Assembly: GCA_965237525.1 (NCBI GenBank)
Contig: CBDEFO010000003.1
Coordinates: 397,974-461,973 of the forward strand
Reading direction: 5' to 3'
DNA from: Candidatus Latescibacterota bacterium
GTDB lineage: Bacteria > Latescibacterota > CBDEFO01
Length of the DNA stretch: 64,000 nt
Shown: in pieces, positions 11,664 through 20,841 of the stretch
How the letters are laid out: each line of letters begins with the position of its first letter
How positions within the stretch are numbered: position 1 is the first letter of the stretch
Notes under the pieces: generated by a model
The model's database searches: none
What the model was told of the DNA's origin: nothing
What the model saw: only the letters and a program-made list of their open reading frames with translations
Position numbers and translations under genes: made by a program

Positions 11664-11820
11664 CAGTAGACAGCATTAACAAGTAGACAGCAAACAGTAG
11701 ACAGTAGACAGGGTACTACCTGCTATCCCCATAGAAAGGCAGGAGAGGCAGACCCGTGTGTCTGCCCTAGGCAGTGAACAGGCCATCCCTTCCCCTCTGC
11801 CTACTGACTCTACAGTCTAC
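11664..11820. repeat. CAGTAGA heptamer tandem repeats plus REP-like palindrome GGCAGACCCGTGTGTCTGCCCT (11747-11768)
   Basis: cagtagacagca...cagtagacagtagacag; palindrome matches 23868-23893. Confidence 0.6.
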
Positions 11821-11840
11821 TTGAATAAAGGAGATAGAAA

Positions 11841-13001
11841 TTGGATAGAAATGGAAAAGTTGAGCTGATGAACGGGGCTGAGGCGCTTTCCTGCGCTTAT
11901 GAGCTTGCTGGCGTAAGGATAGCGTACACGTTCCCGATAACGCCTCAGACCGAGGTGTTAGAATACCTGTCCAAAAGCCAGAAGGTCAGGTGCATACAGG
12001 CGGATTCTGAGTACAACGTCCTGGCTGGGGCTGAAGGGGCTCTGTGGGCGGGTGAGAGGTGCGCCGTTTCGACATCGTCCCAGGGGCTGGTGCTTATGAG
12101 CGAGTTGATGTGGGAGACGGCGGGAAACAGATTGCCTTTGGTTATGGGCGTGTTCAACAGGGCACTGAAGTGGCCTGCGTGGAATCTGCAAGCCCAACAG
12201 AACGACTCTCTATTTATGAGGGATACGGGCTGGCTTCAGTTCTATTGCGAGTCGGCTCAGGAGGTATTGGACTTCGTGCTGATGGCGTTCAGAGTCTCAG
12301 AGGAGGTCCTGCTCCCTTCTATGGTGGCGGGAGATGGGTTCTATGTATCGCATGAAAAGGAGGAGGTGCACGTTCCGGGTGAGGATGAAGTTAGAGAGTT
12401 TGTGGGAAAGCCGAATTTTGGCGACCTGCCGAGTTTTGAAAACCCGAGAATCTACGGCGGACTTCCGCCTTCTTCGACGTATTTCAGCCTATGCCGGAAG
12501 ATGCACAGAGAGATGGAGTCGGCAGCCGATGCGTTCAGGAGTGCCGCAGATGAATTTGCGATTCGCTTCGGCCGGAAATACGAACCAATTGAGACTATAA
12601 AGATGGAGGATGCCGAGACGGTGATGGTAACAGCAGGAGCCATAAGCGGGACAGCAAGGCAGGTCGTGGAGGATAACGGAGCATACTTGGGGCTGTTGAA
12701 GATTCATAACTTCCGTCCCTTTCCCAAGGATGAGATTAGAAGGGCCTTAAATGGAGCTCGTAAGGTGGCTGTGTTCGACAGGAACATAGCTATGGGAATA
12801 GGAGGGATCTTCTCCTGGGAACTGAAGGCTGCTCTTTTCGATGTGGAAAAAAGACCTGTGATATATAATTTTGTGACGGGATTGGGGGGCACGGATGTGA
12901 CACCTGAGATGGTAAATATGGCTCTGGACTATATGGAAAGCACAGACCAACCGGAGGATGAATGTCTCTTCTTGACAGAGGAAGGCGTAAATTTACAATA
13001 G
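11841..13001 (+). CDS. 2-oxoacid:acceptor oxidoreductase alpha subunit (PorA-like)
   Basis: FPITPQT, STSSQGL, NRA, RDTGW, DGF.SH, FRPFP, GLGG motifs. Confidence 0.92.
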   Translation: MDRNGKVELMNGAEALSCAYELAGVRIAYTFPITPQTEVLEYLSKSQKVRCIQADSEYNVLAGAEGALWAGERCAVSTSSQGLVLMSELMWETAGNRLPLVMGVFNRALKWPAWNLQAQQNDSLFMRDTGWLQFYCESAQEVLDFVLMAFRVSEEVLLPSMVAGDGFYVSHEKEEVHVPGEDEVREFVGKPNFGDLPSFENPRIYGGLPPSSTYFSLCRKMHREMESAADAFRSAADEFAIRFGRKYEPIETIKMEDAETVMVTAGAISGTARQVVEDNGAYLGLLKIHNFRPFPKDEIRRALNGARKVAVFDRNIAMGIGGIFSWELKAALFDVEKRPVIYNFVTGLGGTDVTPEMVNMALDYMESTDQPEDECLFLTEEGVNLQ

Positions 13002-13028
13002 ATAAACTATCCCGATCGAGGTTTTAAT

Positions 13029-13931
13029 ATGGACGTAAATATAGATGAGAAGAGCAGTCTGCTCAATACACTGGGTATTCCCACGTTCGCCGAGGAGAGC
13101 CTAACTGCAGGGCACAACGCCTGTCCTGGGTGTGGTTCTACGATTGCCTTGAGAATGGTCTTAGATGCAATTGGGCCTAAAACTTACTATTTCGTTCCGG
13201 CGGGATGCGCCAGCCTATATTTTGGCCCTGACGACACAATAGCTTCATCGACGCCGATGATCCATACAGCGTTTGCGGCCTCGTTCGCTCAGGCTGAGGG
13301 CATGGCTCACGCTCTGGAACTCCAGGGAAGAACGGATGAGCACGTTGCGGTCTGGGCTGGCGATGGGGCTACGTACGACATCGGTATGGGGGGTCTTTCA
13401 GGCGTCGCGGCGAGGAACGGAAATGTGATCGTAATCTGTGACGACAACGAGGGGTATCAAAATACCGGCGGGCACAGCAGTACGGCTACTTCTACGGGGG
13501 CCTTAACTAGATCTACACAGCCGAACTTTTCCCTTTCTCCACTGAAGAAGGATATCATAGAGGTTCTGGCGGCTCATAGGGTGCCGTATCTGGCAACTAT
13601 CTGTGCTGCATACCCTGAGGATCTTAAAAGGAAGATCGAAAAAGCAAAGAGCATTTACGGCTTCAAGTTTCTTCTGCTTTTAACGTCGTGTGTGGCCTGG
13701 GGACACGAAAGTCAGGTTGCAGTGAAGCTGGTCAGGATGTCTGTGGAGACGGGGTTTTTTCCCCTGTATGAGATCGAGAACGGCAACAAATATAATATAA
13801 CACATGAGCCTCAGTTCCTTCCTTTAGAGGAGTTTACGAAACTTCAAAGGAGGTTCTACGGAATAGACCTTGACCCTCTGAAGGAACAGGTAAAGCAAAA
13901 GTGGGATTATCTGAAGGCCAGAGTGGCCTAA
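13029..13931 (+). CDS. 2-oxoacid:acceptor oxidoreductase beta subunit (PorB-like, TPP-binding)
   Basis: ACPGCG, GDGATYDIG, DNEGYQNTGG motifs. Confidence 0.92.
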   Translation: MDVNIDEKSSLLNTLGIPTFAEESLTAGHNACPGCGSTIALRMVLDAIGPKTYYFVPAGCASLYFGPDDTIASSTPMIHTAFAASFAQAEGMAHALELQGRTDEHVAVWAGDGATYDIGMGGLSGVAARNGNVIVICDDNEGYQNTGGHSSTATSTGALTRSTQPNFSLSPLKKDIIEVLAAHRVPYLATICAAYPEDLKRKIEKAKSIYGFKFLLLLTSCVAWGHESQVAVKLVRMSVETGFFPLYEIENGNKYNITHEPQFLPLEEFTKLQRRFYGIDLDPLKEQVKQKWDYLKARVA

Positions 13932-14045
13932 AGTAGTGGTCGCAGTGGTTCTCGGATTCCTCCTTGGACGACGAAAGCAATTGGACTAACTACGGTGACC
14001 AAGGTAGCCTTAGTCTTGTACTTCCCCTCTGAATAAGGAGCTAAA

Positions 14046-14198
14046 ATGGGCGACGATCTTCTTCATCTCTTTGCGGCTTACGCGGTAATATGGGTAGCTC
14101 TTGCGTCTTATATATTTACTCTTTCGAGGCGACAGAAGAGGATATGGAGAGAGATAGAGACTCTGAAGGAGTCTCTCAATAGGAATAACTCGGAGTAG
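14046..14198 (+). CDS. CcmD-family small membrane protein, 50 aa (below ORF-track cutoff)
   Basis: AAGGAG RBS; MGDDLLHLFAAYAVIWVALASYIFTLSRRQKRIWREIETLKESLNRNNSE. Confidence 0.75.
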   Translation: MGDDLLHLFAAYAVIWVALASYIFTLSRRQKRIWREIETLKESLNRNNSE

Positions 14199-14204
14199 CC
14201 CACG

Positions 14205-15344
14205 TTGCAGAATGATGAGGAATACGACGCTGTATTGATAATCGCCGACAGCGAGCGGGACTCTGATCTTTACTACGCTACGGGATTTCTGGCTCCCGAT
14301 CCTTTTATATTTATTCAAAGGAAAGACCAGAAAATCCTGATTATGAGCGATCTGGAGATAGATAGGGCAAAGTCCGAGTCCAGAGCTGATCTGATATTTT
14401 CTTACTCCAAATATGAGAATATGCTTAAAAGGGCGGGCGTAGAGTCGCCCTTTTTTATTGATGTGCTGGATTCGGTTCTAAAGGAGATGGAGGTAGAGTC
14501 GCTGCTCGTTCCAGGGAACTTCGGGATCGAATACGCAGATGGACTTAGAGGGATGGGCTATCAGATAGCTTTCCGGAAGCCTCCCTTCTTCTCTGAGAGG
14601 GAGGTAAAGTCGGAGGAAGAAATAGGGTACATAAAGGAGACGCTTAAGTCCGCCCAGAACGCTGTAGATGCAGCCATACGTACGATAGGGGATTCAAAGA
14701 TCGGAGTCGACGATACTCTGTATCGTAATGGGGAGCCGCTGACTTCGGAAGCTGTAAGGAAGATAATCAACGTGAAGTTGATGGAGGAGAATTGCATAGC
14801 GTCGGGTACGATAGTGGCGTCCGAAGATCAGTGTTGCGATCCTCACAATCGGGGATCGGGATGCTTAAAGGCACATCAGACGATAATCATGGATATCTTT
14901 CCCAAGTCCGTTCGTACGGGCTACTACGCGGATATCACAAGGACGGTCGTAAAAGGAGAAGCTTCTTCTGAGGTAAAAGGGATGTACGGCGCGGTGGCCA
15001 AGGCTCAAGAGATAGTGCTAAAGGAGACAAAGGACGGAGCGGACGGTTCAAAGATACACTCTCTTGTGCTGAGATCCTTCGAGGAGGCAGGGTACAAGAG
15101 TGGCGAGATTGACGGCAGGATGCAGGGATTCTTTCACGGGACAGGGCACGGCGTGGGGTTGGACATCCATGAGCCGCCCAGGATGAGCAAGACAGGCCAA
15201 GTACTCAAATCGGGGCATGTGGTGACTAATGAGCCGGGGCTTTACTATATCGGTATCGGGGGGATAAGGATAGAGGATTTAATGGTTGTAAGGCGTGACG
15301 GGTGCGAAAATCTGACAACCTATCCCAAGGAGCTTGAGGTTTAA
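14205..15344 (+). CDS. Xaa-Pro aminopeptidase (M24 family)
   Basis: HGTGHGVGLDIHE, EPGLY, GIRIED motifs. Confidence 0.92.
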   Translation: MQNDEEYDAVLIIADSERDSDLYYATGFLAPDPFIFIQRKDQKILIMSDLEIDRAKSESRADLIFSYSKYENMLKRAGVESPFFIDVLDSVLKEMEVESLLVPGNFGIEYADGLRGMGYQIAFRKPPFFSEREVKSEEEIGYIKETLKSAQNAVDAAIRTIGDSKIGVDDTLYRNGEPLTSEAVRKIINVKLMEENCIASGTIVASEDQCCDPHNRGSGCLKAHQTIIMDIFPKSVRTGYYADITRTVVKGEASSEVKGMYGAVAKAQEIVLKETKDGADGSKIHSLVLRSFEEAGYKSGEIDGRMQGFFHGTGHGVGLDIHEPPRMSKTGQVLKSGHVVTNEPGLYYIGIGGIRIEDLMVVRRDGCENLTTYPKELEV

Positions 15345-15351
15345 TCTGGGT

Positions 15352-16101
15352 ATGAGGGCAATAATCATAGGAGCAGGAAGGGGCATAAGACTTATGCCTC
15401 TTACTGAAGAGCTCCCCAAGTGCCTGGCTTGTGTGGGGGATAAGCCTATGCTCGATTGGGGGATCGAAGCTTTTCGGGCTTCGAAAGTAGAGGAGATTGT
15501 ATTTATAGGGGGATATCAGATAGATAAGATTCGAAAAGCTTATCCAGGGCTTAAGTTTTACCATAACAAGGACTGGGAAAACAACAATATCTTATCGTCT
15601 CTGTTCTGCGCTGAGCCGGAGATGGATAGTCCCTTTATCTGCGCCTATTCGGATATACTATATGAAAAACCCATAGTAGAGAAGCTTATGGAGAGCAAAG
15701 CGGACATCACGTTAGCTGTGGACGTGGATTGGCGCAAGCGCTACAGGAAGCGCACAGAACACCCTGAATCTGAGGCTGAGAAGGTCCTTATAGAAGAGGA
15801 AAGGGTAGTTGAGATAGGCAGGCACGTGGACTCGGATTTAGCGTACGGGGAATATATCGGTGCGGCCAAGTTCAGCAAAGACGGGGCTGACATGCTAAGG
15901 AGTCACTACAGACGGGTATTGAGGGAATACAATGGGAGACCGTTTCAGTTCGCGCCTTCGGTCCAAAAGGCGTATTTGATAGATATGTTTCGGGAGTTGA
16001 TCGCCAACGATGTCCAGGTGCATAAGATCGATACAGTGGGCGGATATTTGGAGGTGGATACGACACAGGATTACAAGATAGCACTAAAGGAGTGGAGATA
16101 A
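15352..16101 (+). CDS. Phosphocholine-cytidylyltransferase-like NTP transferase
   Basis: IGAGRGIRLMPLT..PKCL, YSD, EVDT motifs. Confidence 0.85.
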   Translation: MRAIIIGAGRGIRLMPLTEELPKCLACVGDKPMLDWGIEAFRASKVEEIVFIGGYQIDKIRKAYPGLKFYHNKDWENNNILSSLFCAEPEMDSPFICAYSDILYEKPIVEKLMESKADITLAVDVDWRKRYRKRTEHPESEAEKVLIEEERVVEIGRHVDSDLAYGEYIGAAKFSKDGADMLRSHYRRVLREYNGRPFQFAPSVQKAYLIDMFRELIANDVQVHKIDTVGGYLEVDTTQDYKIALKEWR

Positions 16102-16139
16102 CAAGTTGAGTAGACAGCGCATCACCCTCCCCCTCAACT

Positions 16140-16167
16140 GTCATTGCGAGCAAAGCGAAGCAATCTC
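16140..16167. repeat. Palindromic repeat GTCATTGCGAGCAAAGCGAAGCAATCTC
   Basis: Same family as 39481-39532 and 58677-58759. Confidence 0.75.
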
Positions 16168-16235
16168 GCAGACAGGGCATCTCTTGCCCTCTGTATGCCG
16201 TCTACTCAGATAGGTAACGAGCGGGGGAAGATACT

Positions 16236-17300
16236 ATGAACTTCGATGATATTCTTTTCCCCACGACAGTCGTTGGAAGTATGCCGAGGTCTCAGTTCGT
16301 CAAAGATCTCCTCGAGCCTGAGCACTATAAGACACTTTCGAAGGACGAGTTCAAAAGGCAGGTGGACGCCTCGGTGGAGTATATCATCGCTATGCAGGAA
16401 TCCGCTGGAATCGACATCATCTCCGACGGTGAGTGGAGGAGGAGGTCTTACATAGGGGTGATAGCTGAGATTATGGACGGTTTTGAAAGGGAGCTAAATA
16501 ATGGCGTTTACTGGCACACGGTCGTAGATAAGATGACTCCGAAGCGTCCGGAGGTGATCGCGGAGGAGGTCAGATTTCTAAAGGAGCATACCGACCGCGG
16601 GACCAAGGTGTGCCTGCCTTCACCCTATCTTTTAGGACAGAGAATGTGGGATCCCCAAAGATCGAGGGACGCTTACCCCAAAAGGGAGGATTTTACCGAG
16701 GCACTGATTCCGGTTTTGAGGAACGAACTTATCGCCGTAAGGAACGCAGGAGCTACGGTGGCTCAGTTTGACGATCCGCATCTTTGTCTCTTTGTGGATG
16801 AGGGTATACGAAGGCGATATGATGATCCCCAGGGTGAGATGGAATATTGCGTAGATATGTTGAACAGGATCGTGGAAGGGGTTGAGAGGATAAAGATTTC
16901 GGTTCACCTTTGCAGGAGAAACAAAGGGCGCAGTGGCTGGGTTGGTGAGGGAGGCTATGAGCCGATTCTGCCGTATTTGAAGAAGCTGAAAGTGGATCAA
17001 CTCCTTATGGAGTTCACGATCCCTGTGGCGGGCGATTTGAAGGTGCTTTCGGAATTGCCCGATGATGTGGAAGTAGGACTCGGGTGTGTGGATTGTCGGG
17101 GAGAGCACATAGATACGCCTGAGGAGATAGTGAGCCGTGTGGAGAACGCTCTTGAGTATATAAAACCCCAGCGGATTACTTTAAATCCCGACTGCGGATT
17201 TGCCCCCGGCAGTGCCGCTGATATCCCTATCGATGAGGCTTATCAGAAACTGAAGAATGAGGCGAAAGCCGCAGAGATTTTGAGGGGCAAATACGCCTAA
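16236..17300 (+). CDS. Cobalamin-independent methionine synthase II-family (MetE C-terminal-like) protein
   Basis: TTVVGSMPR, SDGEWRR, HLC, PDCGF zinc-ligand motifs. Confidence 0.88.
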   Translation: MNFDDILFPTTVVGSMPRSQFVKDLLEPEHYKTLSKDEFKRQVDASVEYIIAMQESAGIDIISDGEWRRRSYIGVIAEIMDGFERELNNGVYWHTVVDKMTPKRPEVIAEEVRFLKEHTDRGTKVCLPSPYLLGQRMWDPQRSRDAYPKREDFTEALIPVLRNELIAVRNAGATVAQFDDPHLCLFVDEGIRRRYDDPQGEMEYCVDMLNRIVEGVERIKISVHLCRRNKGRSGWVGEGGYEPILPYLKKLKVDQLLMEFTIPVAGDLKVLSELPDDVEVGLGCVDCRGEHIDTPEEIVSRVENALEYIKPQRITLNPDCGFAPGSAADIPIDEAYQKLKNEAKAAEILRGKYA

Positions 17301-17375
17301 CACAGTTACTCTTCCCGCCTGAACGAACCGTAGGCAACCTCCAACATACCGATATCCGTCGGAAGATAGGATAAA

Positions 17376-19151
17376 ATGGAGAAAAGCTATTTCAAACTTT
17401 ACATAAGGCTCGTAAAGGAATTCCTACTTCCATATTGGAAGGCTATAGTCACAGCGCTTGTGTGTATGTTCTGTATATCGGGGCTGAACGTGATTCCGGC
17501 TCTGTCGGTAAAGTTTCTGATCGACGATATTATTCCCGATAAGGATTTGACTTTGCTCGGTCTCCTTGCCGGGGCTCTTGTTGTAGCCTATACTTTGAGG
17601 GCTATCACCGAGTTCGGTCAGGATTATCTAGCTCACAGGGTCGCCGAACTAGTGATGTTCGATCTGAGGGTGCAGGTATACGGACACATTCAAAAGCTTT
17701 CGTCTAATTTCTTCAGGAACAGGCGCACAGGTGAGATCATGTCGAGGATAATCAACGACATCGATTCTCTAAGGGATATGTTAGCTCACAGCGGTGATGC
17801 CATTGTAACTCAGAGTTTGAATGTTTTAGTCGTGGCTGCGGTTCTTTTCACACTCCAATGGAAACTTGCGCTCTTTACGTTGATTCCAATTCCTCTCACT
17901 ATCATTTTGGTCCTCTACTTTAATAAGGCTGTGCGTCAGGTGTACCAAAATGTGCGGGAAAAACTTGCGGACGTAAACGCAAGGCTTCTGGATAACTTAT
18001 CGGGGATAGAGGTTATAAAGTCGTTTGTAATGGAGAGGCGGGAATTGAACAGATTTGCAGCGGAGAGCAAAGACTATTTCAATGAAAATATGGTAGCTAT
18101 AAAGCTATGGGCATATATATTTCCGACTATGATATTTGTCGTGGGTATTGGATCAGTGATAGTGATTTGGTACGGCGGAGGTCAGGTTATAAGTGGGGAG
18201 CTTACTGTGGGTAGCCTTGTAGCGTTTTCGGCTTTGGCTTGGAGGCTGTACTGGCCCCTTATGGACCTAGGTAGAGAGAACGAGAAGATTCAAAAGGCGA
18301 TGGCGGCTGTGAAGAGGATATTTGAGCTTTTAGATACCGAGCCTGAGATAAAGGACTCGCCTTCTGCGGTGGAGCTTACCCACCCCCGATTGAATCTATC
18401 GGGTGTTAAAGGGGAGATTGAGTTCCGTGGAGTCTCGTTCGCGTACGACAGGGATTGCGTTCTCAAAAATATACATCTGAAGATCGAGCCTGGGGAAATC
18501 ATCGCACTTGTGGGTCCAAGCGGTGTGGGAAAGACTACTCTGGCGGGATTGATCCCGAGGTTCTACGATCCCGATGAGGGCACGGTTTCGATATACGGTA
18601 TAGACATTAAAGGGATAAAGCTTGAGTCCTTGAGGAGCAATATCGGGATTGTGCATCAAGAGACGTTCCTTTTCAATGGGACGATAGCAGAAAACGTAGG
18701 CTACGGGAAGATAAGTGCCTCTTTAGACGAGGTAGTTGAAGCTGCAAAGGCGGCGAATATATACGATTTTGTATCCGAACTCCCCGATGGGTTTGACACT
18801 GTGGTGGGAGAAAGAGGAGTCAAACTTTCGGGGGGACAGAAGCAGAGGATAGCTATCGCAAGGGCTATTTTGAAGGACCCACCCATACTGATTTTAGATG
18901 AGGCGACTTCATCTGTAGATACCGAGTCGGAACAGCTTATACAGCAGAGCTTGTCTCTCCTTTTGAAGGATAGGATGACCCTCATAATCGCTCACAGGTT
19001 AGCTACGATCAAGTCAGCCCACAGGATAGTGGTCTTAAAGGATGGAGAGATAGAGGAGATAGGGTCTCATTTTGAACTGATAGAGAACGGCGGCGCGTAC
19101 AGACGTCTCTACGAGGCGCAGTTCGGCAGCCGAGAAGCGGTGGTGGAGTAG
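17376..19151 (+). CDS. ABC exporter, fused permease/ATPase (MsbA-like)
   Basis: GPSGVGKT, LSGGQKQR, ILDEATS; N-terminal TM helices. Confidence 0.95.
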   Translation: MEKSYFKLYIRLVKEFLLPYWKAIVTALVCMFCISGLNVIPALSVKFLIDDIIPDKDLTLLGLLAGALVVAYTLRAITEFGQDYLAHRVAELVMFDLRVQVYGHIQKLSSNFFRNRRTGEIMSRIINDIDSLRDMLAHSGDAIVTQSLNVLVVAAVLFTLQWKLALFTLIPIPLTIILVLYFNKAVRQVYQNVREKLADVNARLLDNLSGIEVIKSFVMERRELNRFAAESKDYFNENMVAIKLWAYIFPTMIFVVGIGSVIVIWYGGGQVISGELTVGSLVAFSALAWRLYWPLMDLGRENEKIQKAMAAVKRIFELLDTEPEIKDSPSAVELTHPRLNLSGVKGEIEFRGVSFAYDRDCVLKNIHLKIEPGEIIALVGPSGVGKTTLAGLIPRFYDPDEGTVSIYGIDIKGIKLESLRSNIGIVHQETFLFNGTIAENVGYGKISASLDEVVEAAKAANIYDFVSELPDGFDTVVGERGVKLSGGQKQRIAIARAILKDPPILILDEATSSVDTESEQLIQQSLSLLLKDRMTLIIAHRLATIKSAHRIVVLKDGEIEEIGSHFELIENGGAYRRLYEAQFGSREAVVE

Positions 19152-19416
19152 TAATCTTACATTAATGCTAATTACATTTTGGTACTTATCAGAGATAGAC
19201 TCTACCGCAAAGAGAAGGCCCCTCCGACCGTGGAAGGGCCTTTGTTCTATTCCTTACATGTACGGCCCATGTAGTTTTGAGCTTTATGACGTACTGGAGA
19301 GTTGATCTTATATCTCAAGCCCCACATCCTGTGCCCCAGTGGGCACGGTACTTTCTTACTGCCAGATCTAGCGTATTGCCGCCGAAAGCGTTGCACTATC
19401 TTCTTTGCTTCTTCTC

Positions 19417-19986
19417 TTAAACCAGCACGTCCTCAATCTTATCCAGGAAGTATATGTCGGGCTGGTCAGCAAGCGAGTTCCGGAGATGATTACCAGCATT
19501 AGTTCTGCTTTGAATAGCGACCTTCTTGCAAATGCAATAAAGCAGTGTGTTAATACGCTTGTACAACTAGATTTCCGAGCCCCATACTATCAGGGAAATT
19601 CGGAGGCGTTGTTACTACTTCATCCCGGGAACTTTGTCTTCGTCGAGTCCCGTTCCAATCCTACTATCCTGCATATTAGCTCCAACGGTACCCCCGAGTG
19701 GATCCACCGACCGTACTGCCGAGCCTTCTCCAGATCATCCCACTCAAAGAGGATATTACTTCGAGCTCATTGGGGTCATCAGCACTGCGGAAGAGGTGTC
19801 CCCCTTTGGAACCTCGACAAGTTGCCGGATATAGAGACCATCCAACAAATAGGCCCCTCCGATGGTGGAAGGGGCCTTCTTCTATCCACTTCTTACTTGT
19901 CAGCTACGTGTTGCTCCGTGCTCATCGAATATAGGCTTCCATGTGGCGTAATCCTCGACTTTATGGCGGACAAGTACGTCCGGCAT
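19417..19986 (-). pseudogene. Small cyclase/ABM-like gene broken into three pieces
   Basis: GGAGGT RBS; MPDVLVRHKVEDYATWKPIFDEHGATRS (19986-19903), GSKGGHLFRSADDPNEL/LFEWDDLEKARQ (19813-19716), ADQPDIYFLDKIEDVLV* (19470-19417). Confidence 0.72.
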
Positions 19987-20040
19987 GGTATATCACCTCC
20001 ATTTCTGTAGGTATTCTGATAACTACAGTAAAATTTCTTC

Positions 20041-20069
20041 AAGATATACCATGTCTCAGCGATTGTCAA
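20041..20069 (-). promoter_or_regulatory. Sigma70-type promoter of the broken cyclase-like gene
   Basis: TTGACA-N17-TATCTT. Confidence 0.6.
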
Positions 20070-20141
20070 CGGAAAACTCACCCCGATAGACAAAAAAAGC
20101 TAAAACCGTGACAGCTCCCTAACTTAGAAAAAAACGGTCTT

Positions 20142-20831
20142 TCACGAATCAACCCTTCCTTTTACAGCTCTGAAGAGTCCTCGTGCGGCCCTCTGCGTGG
20201 TTTGCTGCCGGCGCCCTGTCCACCCCACCCACGCTTGATCTTCTACGTTTATGCCCGCGCTTTGAAACTCACAGACTAAGTCATTAACTATGTAGCTGCG
20301 AAAGCCCGGAGATTCCAGAAATTCAAACGAAATAACACCCAGAGTTATCCATCTTTTGAGTCCTCCCTCAGGTATCCAGTAATCGCCTACGACCACTCTC
20401 TTCTTTGCTATACGGGCCATCTCTTTGAGCACTTTCATCCTCTCATTATCCCACATCTCGTGCAGCGACATTGACATTACAACGTGATCGAAGCTCTTAT
20501 CTCTAAACCCTAACTCCCTTGCGTCCATCTGATAAAACTGAGGTATCTTTACGTTTGAACCTTGTATATGCGAAGCCTTCGATCTTGCCACATTTAGCAT
20601 AGCCTCGGACATATCGACTCCCACGACCTTGGCCCCTTCAAGTGCAGAAAGATATGCCACACCGCCTGTCCCTGTACATACATCCAGAAGCTTATCCCCC
20701 GGCTCGACTCCCGCCAATCGGACGATTTCCCTCCACAACGGGTGTAAAACCCGTCCTATCCTGTCATAGTGCTTTGCCACCCTGTTGAAGAGGCGATACG
20801 GCTCTGTGCGCTTATGTACAGTTGAATCCAT
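20142..20831 (-). CDS. Class I SAM-dependent methyltransferase (UbiE-like)
   Basis: LDVCTGTG, GVDMSEAML motifs. Confidence 0.88.
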   Translation of the reverse strand: MDSTVHKRTEPYRLFNRVAKHYDRIGRVLHPLWREIVRLAGVEPGDKLLDVCTGTGGVAYLSALEGAKVVGVDMSEAMLNVARSKASHIQGSNVKIPQFYQMDARELGFRDKSFDHVVMSMSLHEMWDNERMKVLKEMARIAKKRVVVGDYWIPEGGLKRWITLGVISFEFLESPGFRSYIVNDLVCEFQSAGINVEDQAWVGWTGRRQQTTQRAARGLFRAVKGRVDS

Positions 20832-20841
20832 GTATTCTGAG

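Noticed and set aside
14010..14318. 102-aa minus-strand ORF
   Set aside because: Shadow of the CcmD-like gene and the peptidase start.
19405..20010. 201-aa plus-strand ORF
   Set aside because: No motif or RBS, and it is antisense to the broken cyclase-like gene that has promoter and RBS.
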